Below, piece by piece: positions 51,398-64,000 of a stretch of DNA of 64,000 nucleotides. A model generated the notes under the pieces. It was not told the origin of the DNA, did no database searches, and saw only the letters and a program-made list of their open reading frames with translations. Both the position numbers and the translations under genes were made by a program. Source of the stretch: Squalus acanthias (taxonomy: Eukaryota); assembly GCA_030390025.1 (NCBI GenBank), contig JASTWF010000034.1:4402001-4466000 (forward strand). The letters run 5' to 3'. Each line of letters begins with the position of its first letter. The first letter of the stretch is position 1.

Positions 51398-51865
51398 GCT
51401 AAAACAGCAGCTCACCTCCCCACTAAACCAGCAGCTCACTGGTCCACTAAACCAGCAGCTCACTGGCCCACTAAACCAGCAGCTCACTGGCCCACTAAAC
51501 CAGCAGCTCACTGGCCCACTAAACCAGCAGCTCACTGGCCCACTAAACCAGCAGCTCACTGGTCCACTAAACCAGCAGCTCACTGGCCCACTAAACCAGC
51601 AGCTCACTGGCCCACTAAACCAGCAGCTCCCACGCCCACTAAACCAGCAGCTCACTGGCCCACTAAACCAGCAGCTCACCGGCCCACTAAGTCAGCAGCT
51701 CACTGGCCCACTAAACCAGCAGCTCACTGGCCCACTAAACCAGCAGCTCACTGGCCCACTAAATCAGCAACTCACTGGCCCACTAAACCAGCAGCTCACT
51801 GGCCCACTAAACCAGCAGCTCACTGGCACACTAAACCAGCTGCTTGTCTCCCCACTAAGCAAGCT
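51398..51865. repeat. 24 bp minisatellite (CACTAAACCAGCAGCTCACTGGCC)
   Basis: About 19 highly homogeneous copies. Confidence 0.95.
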
Positions 51866-51892
51866 ACTCGCCACCCAACTGAATCATAGTGT

Positions 51893-53268
51893 TATTGTGA
51901 GGGCTGTGGGGTATTTCTGTGTGTTACAGTGAGGGGTGTTGGGTATATCACTGTTACAGTGAGGGGTGTGGGGTATTATCAGTGTTACAGTGAGGGATAT
52001 ATCAGTTTTACAGTGAGGGATATATTAGTGTTACAGTGAGGGGTGTGGGGTATATCAGTTTTACAGTGAGGGGTGTGGGGTATATCAGTTTTACAGTGAG
52101 GGGTGTGGGGTATATCAGTGTTAGAGTGAGGGGTGTGGGGTATATCAGTGTTACAGTGAGGGGTGTGGGGTATATCAGTGTTACAGTGAGGGGTGTGGGG
52201 TATATCAGTGTTAGTGAGGGGTGTGGGGTATATCAGTGTTACAGTGAGGGGTGTGGGGTATATCAGTGTTACAGTGAGGGGTGTGGGGTATATCAGTGTT
52301 ACAGTGAGGGGTGCGGGGTATTATCAGTGTTACAGTGAGGGGTATATCAGTGTGTTAAAGTGAGGGGTGTGGTGTCTATCACTGTCACAGTGAGGGGTGT
52401 TGTGTATATCATTGTTTCAGTGAGGGATATATTAGTGTTACACTGAGGGGTGTGGGGTATATCAGTGTTACAGTGAGGGGTGTGGGGTATTAGCAGGGTT
52501 ACAGTGAGGGATATATCAGTGTTACAGTGAGGGATATATTAGTGTTACAGTGAGGGGTGTGGGGTATATCAGTGTTACAGTGAGGGGTGTGGGATATATC
52601 AATGTTACAGTGAGGGGTGTGGGGTATATCACTGTTACAGTGAGGGGTGTGGGGTATTATCAGTGTTACAGTGAGGGGTATATCAGTGTTACAGTGAGGG
52701 GTGTGGGGTATATCAGTGTGTTTTACTGAGGGGTGTGGGGTATTATCAGTGTTACAGTGAGGGGTGTGGGGTATTATCAGCGTTACAGTGAGGGATATAT
52801 CTGTGTTACAGTGAGGGGTGTGGGGTATATCAGTGCGTTACAGTGAGGGGTGTGGGTTATATCAGTGTATTACAGTGAGGGGTGTGGGGTATATCCGTGT
52901 GTTACAGTGAGGGATGTGGGGTATATCGGTGTGTTACAGTGACGGGTGTTGAGTATATCACTGTTACACTGAGGGGTGTGGGGGATATCAGAGTATTATA
53001 GTGAGGTGTGTGGGGTATATCAGTGTTACAGAGAGTGGTGTGGGGTACATCAGTGTTACAGTGAGGGGTGTGGGGTATATCAGTGTGTTACATTGAGGGG
53101 TGTGGGGTATATCTGTGTGTTACAGTGAGGGGTGTGGGGCGTATCGGCGTGGTACAGTGAGGGGTTTGGGACGTATCGGCATGTTACAGTGAGGGGTGTG
53201 GGGCGTTTTCGGCGTGTTACAGTGAGGGGTGTGGGGCGTATCGGCGTGTTACAGTGAGGGGTGTGGGT
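51893..53268. repeat. ~30 bp G-rich minisatellite (CAGTGAGGGGTGTGGGGTATATCAGTGTTA)
   Basis: Tandem copies with length variants. Confidence 0.95.
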
Positions 53269-53274
53269 TTATCA

Positions 53275-53430
53275 ATAGGGAATTGGATAAGTGCCCGAAG
53301 GAATAAAAAATTGCAGGGCTCTGGTGAAAGTTCGTGGGAGTGGGACTTGCTGAAGTGCTCTTGCAAAGAGCCGGCATGGGCTCGATGGGCCATAAAGCCT
53401 CCTTCTGTACTGTAACCATTCTATGATTTT
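53275..53430 (+). mobile_element. CR1 extreme 3' fragment
   Basis: AGGGAATTGGATAAG..GGCTCGATGGGCC..CCTCCTTCTGTACTGTAACCATTCTATGATT. Confidence 0.65.
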
Positions 53431-53447
53431 ATAGATCCAGAGATGTA

Positions 53448-54520
53448 TAACAACAACAATAACTTGTATTTAAATAGCGCCTTTAACCTAGTAAAACGTC
53501 CCAAGGCACTTCACAGGAGTATTTTAACAGAAACAATTTGTCACCGAGCCACATAAGGATATATTAGGAGATGTAACTAAAAGCTTGGTAAATGTGTTAG
53601 GTTTTAATGAGCGTCTTCAAGGAGGAAAGAGAGGTAGCGTGGCGGAGAGGTTTAGGTTGGGAATTCCAGAACTTAGGGCCTAGGAAACAGAAGGCACGGC
53701 CACCAAATGTTGAGCGATTATAATCAGGGATGCTCAAGAGGGCAGAATTAGAGGAGCGCAGATATCTCGATGGGGTTGTGGGGCTGAAGGAGATTAGAGA
53801 TAGGAAGGGGCGAGGCCGTGGAGGGATTTGAAAACAAGGATGAGAATTTTGAAATCGAGGTGCTGCTTAACCGGGAGCCAGTGTAGGTCAGCGAGCACAA
53901 GGGAGATGGGCGAACGGGACTTGGTACGAGTTAGGACATGGCCAGCCGAGTTTTGGATGACCTCAAGTTTACGTAGGGTGGAATGTGGGAGGCCAGCCAG
54001 GAGTGCGTTGGAGCAGTCAAGTCCAGAAGTAACAAAGGCATGGATGAGGGTTTCAGCAGCGGATGAGATGAGGTAAGGGCGGAGACGGAGGTGGAAGTAG
54101 GCGGCCTTTGTTATGCTGCAGATATGTGGTCGGAAGCTCATTTCAGGGTCAAATATGACACCAATGTTGTGAACAGTGTGGTGCAGCCTCAGACAGATGA
54201 TAGGGAGAGGGATGGAGTCATTGGCTAGGGAACGGTGTTGATGGCGGAGACTGAAAATGATGTCTTCGGTCTTCCCAATATATGATTGGAGAACGTTTTT
54301 GCTCATCCAGAACTGGATGTCGGTCAAACAGTCTGACAATTTAGACACCGTGGAAGGGTCGAGAGAAGAGTTAGTGAGGTAGAGCTGGGTGTCGTCAGCA
54401 TACATGTGGAAACTGACGCTGTATTTTTGCATGTTGTCGTCAAGGGGCAACATGTAGCTGAGAAATAGGAGGGGGCCAAGGAAATATATTTCGGGGGCAC
54501 CAGAGGTAACGTGGGAAGAG
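53448..54520 (-). mobile_element. L2-clade LINE 3' fragment
   Basis: FHMYADDTQLYL, AETLIHAFVTSGLDCSNALL and LHWLPVKQ; 3' end GGCGCTATTTAAATACAAGTT with a (TTG)n tail. Confidence 0.9.
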
Positions 54521-54830
54521 AGGCGAACTGATATTCTGATCCTTTAATCACACTATGATCCCAGCCCCAGACGCATCCCTCACTGCAGAGAGAGAGAGAG
54601 AGAGGCAGAGACAGTGAGGGAGCAGATACGTAGAGAGGGCAAGAAACACTGGGGTAGAGTTTGACTTATTGTAGCTGCTATAGTACAAACCGGGTGATTG
54701 TGAATCAGCCACCCATTTTACACCGATGGAAATAAAACTCGGGAGAGATGTAGGGCAGGATCCCGGTTCATTCCCGGAGACGGGGCTGGTTGTACACCCT
54801 GTGTTCATGCCCAGTGAAACTGCACACCAG

Positions 54831-55041
54831 GAGCAGAGCCTGGTCAATGTGACCCTGTGACACCGAGTGGGAGGGGCTCCGCCGCTTTGTGACATCACTC
54901 CTGGCTGCTGTGTGATTGGCTCCTGGCTTCTGTGTGATGTCACCTGGAGACAGAGCCCCTCCCCTGATTACGGCCCATCAGTGGGATGTCAGTGTGGGAG
55001 GAGCTGGAGTGACAGCTGACACTGGGGGTGAGTTTAGTCCC
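54831..55041 (+). promoter_or_regulatory. Promoter-like module plus splice donor (copy 2)
   Basis: Paralogous to 33044-33240. TGACATCA, GATTGGCT, TGATGTCA and GGTGAGTTTAGTCC. Confidence 0.45.
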
Positions 55042-55514
55042 AATGAACAGGCAAATGGAAAGAATAGAACAATTTAATATTAAAGTAAGTAATTCAAACA
55101 CACTGATTAATTGCAAAAATAAGCACATTGAATGTAATTATGTTCACAAAAATGCTCCCCCTCTATTCTGAGATTAATATAAATCATTTTTCTATTGACA
55201 GTCTCTGGGAGTGAGCAATATCTCAGGAAGATGGAGAGAGAGAAGTCGAATCATCGCCTCACTGACTGGGAATGGAGAAATGTCGCTGGGTTCAGAGAGC
55301 AGATCTGGTGGGACCGAGATGCCCAGTATCAAAGACGGGATAAAACGGGAAGCTTCAACAATGATTGGAAAAGTGAGGAACTTTACTGAGAATCCCATCA
55401 GTCCAGGATTTTGCCGAGGTGAGAGTCTAACCAGATACTGGGAGCTGTTCAACATCTGCCGTCAGGCTCGGCCTTTGATGCGACAAGTTGAGCGGAGCTT
55501 AACTCGGAGATAAA

Positions 55515-56050
55515 CCTTGCCCGTACCTCACCCGGGAGTGTTTGACACTTCCATGTAGAGGGATCTTTATTCTGTATTGACCCCATGATGTACCCGAGCT
55601 GGTTGTGCTTCCTTGTCTAGTGACTAGGGAGCTGTACGCTGCACATGCTGTATTAGAGGGAGCTTTGCACGTCACCCGCGCTGTACCTGCCCTTGGACTG
55701 TTTGATTGGGCAGTGCAAGGGAGCTTTACTCTGCATCTCTCTATCTAACCTGTGCTATACCTGCCCTTGGACTGTTTGATTGGGCAGTGTAAAGGGAGCT
55801 TTACTCTGTATCTCTCTATCTAACCGGTGCTGTACCTGCCCTTGGACTGTTTGATTGGGCAGTGTAAAGGGAGCATTAATCTGTATCTCTCGATCTAACC
55901 TGTGCTATACCTGCACTTGGATTGTTTGATTGTGCAGTGTAAAGAGAGCTTTACTCTGTATCTCTCTATCTAACCTGTGCTATACCTGCCCTTGGATTGT
56001 TTGATTGGGCAGTGTAAAGGGAGCTTTACTCTGTTTATAACCCATGCTAC
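55515..56050 (-). repeat. 67 bp satellite family in inverted orientation (74 bp variant units)
   Basis: GGGAGCTTTACTCTGTATCTCTCTATCTAACC..GTACCTGCCC is the reverse complement of the 67 bp unit plus a short expansion. Confidence 0.85.
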
Positions 56051-56143
56051 ATGCAGGGAGATTGTGACAAATGGAACTCAATCCGGAGAAGTGTGAGGTA
56101 ATGCATTTGTGGAGGGCTATCAAGGCAACGGATCCTACACTCA

Positions 56144-57185
56144 GGAACATAGGAAGAGGAGTCGGCCATTCAGCCCCTTGAGCCTGTTGCCCCATTCAAT
56201 GCGATCATTGATTGATCTGCGATCTAACTCCATAAACCCACCTTTGGTCCATATCCATTAATGCCTTTGGTTAATAAAAAGCAATAAATCTCTGATTTAA
56301 AATTATCAATTGATCTAATATCAATTTTCGTTTGTGGAAGAGTGTTCCAAACTTCTACCACTCTTTGCGTGTAGAAGTGTTTCCTAATTTCACTCCTGAA
56401 TGGATTGCCTCTAATTCTTAGACTGTGCCCCAAGTCCTCGAATCCCCAGCAGTGGAAATAGTTTCTCGCTATCTACTCTATCTGTGCCACTTAATATCCT
56501 GAAAACTTGGCTCAGATCAACCCTTAACCTTCTAAATTCAAGGAATAGTACCCTAATTTGTGTAATCTCTCCTCGTAACTTAATCCTTGAAGTCTGGGTC
56601 TCATTCTGGTAAACCTGCGCTGCACTCACTCCAAGGCCAATATATCCTTCCTGAGGTTTGGTGCCCAGAACTGCTCACAGTACTCCAGGTGTGGTCTAAC
56701 CAGGGTTTTGTATAGCTGCAGAATAACTTCTACCCCCTTGTAATCTAGTCCTTTAGATATAAAGACCTTCTTTCCATTAGCCTTTTTATTTATTTTCTGT
56801 ATTATTTTAATGATCTATGTACCTGGACCCCCAAGTCTCTTTGTACCTCCACTCTTTTTAGCTTTTCATATTTAGAAAGTAACCTGTTCTATCCTTTTGG
56901 GGTCCAAAGTGGATGACCTCACATTTGCTTACATTGAAATCCATTTGCCATAGTTTTGCCCATTCACTTCATCTGCCGATATCCATTTGTAATTTTATGC
57001 TTTCATCTACACTGCCTACAATGCTGCCTATCTTTGTGTCAGCGGCACATTTGGGTATATTACTTTCTATAACATCACCGAATTCATTAATAAATATTGT
57101 GAATAGATGAGGCCCCAAAACACAGCCCTGCCGGACACCACGAGTCACATCCTGCCAATTTGAGTACCTACCCATTATCCCTACG
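56144..57185 (-). mobile_element. CR1 LINE 3' fragment
   Basis: GVRQGCVLGPHLFTIFIN and GHSLRIRGNPFRSEIRKHFYTQRVV; 3' motif at ~56145-56220. Confidence 0.88.
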
Positions 57186-57454
57186 CTGTATCCTGACGCT
57201 TTATAAAGGGTTATAAAGGATTATGCTGGGTTATAAATTATTATAATAGAATATAAAGTATTATACTGATATATAAAGGTTGCTAATAGAATGTAAACTG
57301 TTATAATGATTGACAAAGGATTACCAAGGTTTATACAACATTTTAAAGGGACTTAAATGTGGTACAAAGTGATACTGATTATGATAAAGGACATAATCAT
57401 TTACAAAAGATTTATAAAGGGTTATTAAGGATTATCATTTATAAAGAGTTATAA

Positions 57455-57935
57455 GGCTCCCTCTATACTGTCCCATCAAATACTCCCAAAGCAGGTAGAT
57501 CACGTGGTTAGATACAGAGTAAAGCTCCCTCTACACTGTCCCATCAAACACTCCCAGGGCAGGTACAGCACGCGTTAGATACAGAGTAAAGCTCCCTCTA
57601 CACTGTCCCATCAAACACTCCCAGGGCAGGTACAGCACGCGTTAGGCACAGAGTAAAGCTCCCTCTGCACTGTTCCATCAAGCTTTCCCAGGGCAGGTTC
57701 AGATCATGTTTGATAGAGTAAAGCTCCCTCTACACTGTCCCATTGAATGCTCCCAGGACAGGGGCAGCACGGGTTAGATACAGAGTAAAGCACCCTCGAT
57801 ATTGTCCATCAAACTCTCCCAGGGTACTTAGACATGGGTTAGTTACAGAGTAAAGCTCCCTCTACAATGTTCGAACAAACACTCCCACGGCAGGAACAGC
57901 ATGAGCACGATACAGAGTAAAGCTCCCTCTGCACT
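57455..57935 (+). repeat. 67 bp satellite block
   Basis: About 7 units of the same consensus. Confidence 0.92.
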
Positions 57936-57939
57936 TTTC

Positions 57940-63472
<5,533 letters not shown>

Positions 63473-64000
63473 GCTTTAGCAACTTTAAAAGTGGTTAACT
63501 CCCCAGGTCTGGATGAAATGTATCCCAGGCTGTTGAGAGAATCAAAAGAGGAAATGGCAGATGCCCTGACCATCATTTTTCCAATCCTCTCTGGCTTCAG
63601 GTGTGGTGCCGGAAGACTTGTGTCCTGCCATTGGTTAAAATGGGAGGAAAGGAAAGACCGAGTAATTACAGGCCAGTCAGCCTAACCTCGGTGGTGGGCA
63701 AATTATTGGAAACAATTCTGAAGGACAGGATCAATCTTCATTTAGAAACACGGCTTAATCAAGGATAGTCACACGGATTTGTTAAGGGAAGGTCGTGTCT
63801 GACACACTTGATTGAAGTTTGAGGAGGTAACAAGGAGGGTAGATGAGGATGGTGCATTTGATGTAGTGTATATGGACTTTACCAAGGCTTTTGATAAGGT
63901 TCCACATGGCAGACTGGTCATGAAGTTAAAAGCCCAAGAGATCCAGGGAAAACTATCTAGTTGGATTCAAAACTGGCTCGGAGGCAGGAAGCAGAGGGTA
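63473..64000 (+). mobile_element. CR1 ORF2 RT N-terminal fragment (runs off the window)
   Basis: NSPGLDEMYPRLLRE, NYRPVSLTSVVGK and [14 protein letters not shown]. Confidence 0.9.

Noticed and set aside
51338..51889. 183 aa ORF with PTKPAAHW repeats
   Set aside because: Translation of a 24 bp minisatellite with almost no synonymous variation and no gene context.
55190..55513. ORFs of 64-100 aa downstream of the promoter-like module
   Set aside because: No recognisable domain or splice support, so I cannot call them coding.
57190..57455. AT-rich TTATAAAGG-type stretch as a regulatory element
   Set aside because: Appears to be a degenerate low-complexity repeat.

Overview
This is repeat-dense vertebrate DNA, almost certainly elasmobranch (shark or ray), judged from an HE1/V-type tRNA SINE, many HER1-like CR1 LINEs and the C2H2-ZNF remnant. 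I found no intact host gene. Layout: (i) 1-25217, an AT-rich ~51-52 bp satellite with ~2 kb higher-order duplications, interrupted by a 5'-truncated CR1, a 74 bp Penelope GIY-YIG fragment and a 734 bp Harbinger-type MITE. (ii) 25218-~31386, an endogenous retrovirus on the minus strand (tRNA-Ser PBS, gag with Zn knuckles, gamma-type env, PPT, two diverged LTRs) whose pol has been scrambled. Protease and integrase form one block inverted onto the plus strand, and RT plus RNase H pieces sit inside gag. Three of the four rearrangements have short microhomologies, and undoing the inversion restores an in-frame gag-UGA-CUAG-pro junction. (iii) 31400-36340, nested LINE and SINE debris plus a promoter-like module. 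(iv) 36342-44637, a 67 bp satellite with a ~1.75 kb tandem duplication, fold-back units, a CR1 insert and a Penelope hammerhead remnant. (v) 44638-57940, CR1, L2 and Tx1 fragments, a spliced Harbinger Myb/SANT gene, a CpG island, a zinc-finger pseudo-exon, and 24 bp and 30 bp minisatellites. (vi) 57940-64000, a compound CT/CA repeat and CR1 fragments. All calls are by-eye motif recognition, with no database searches, and coordinates of diverged ends are approximate.
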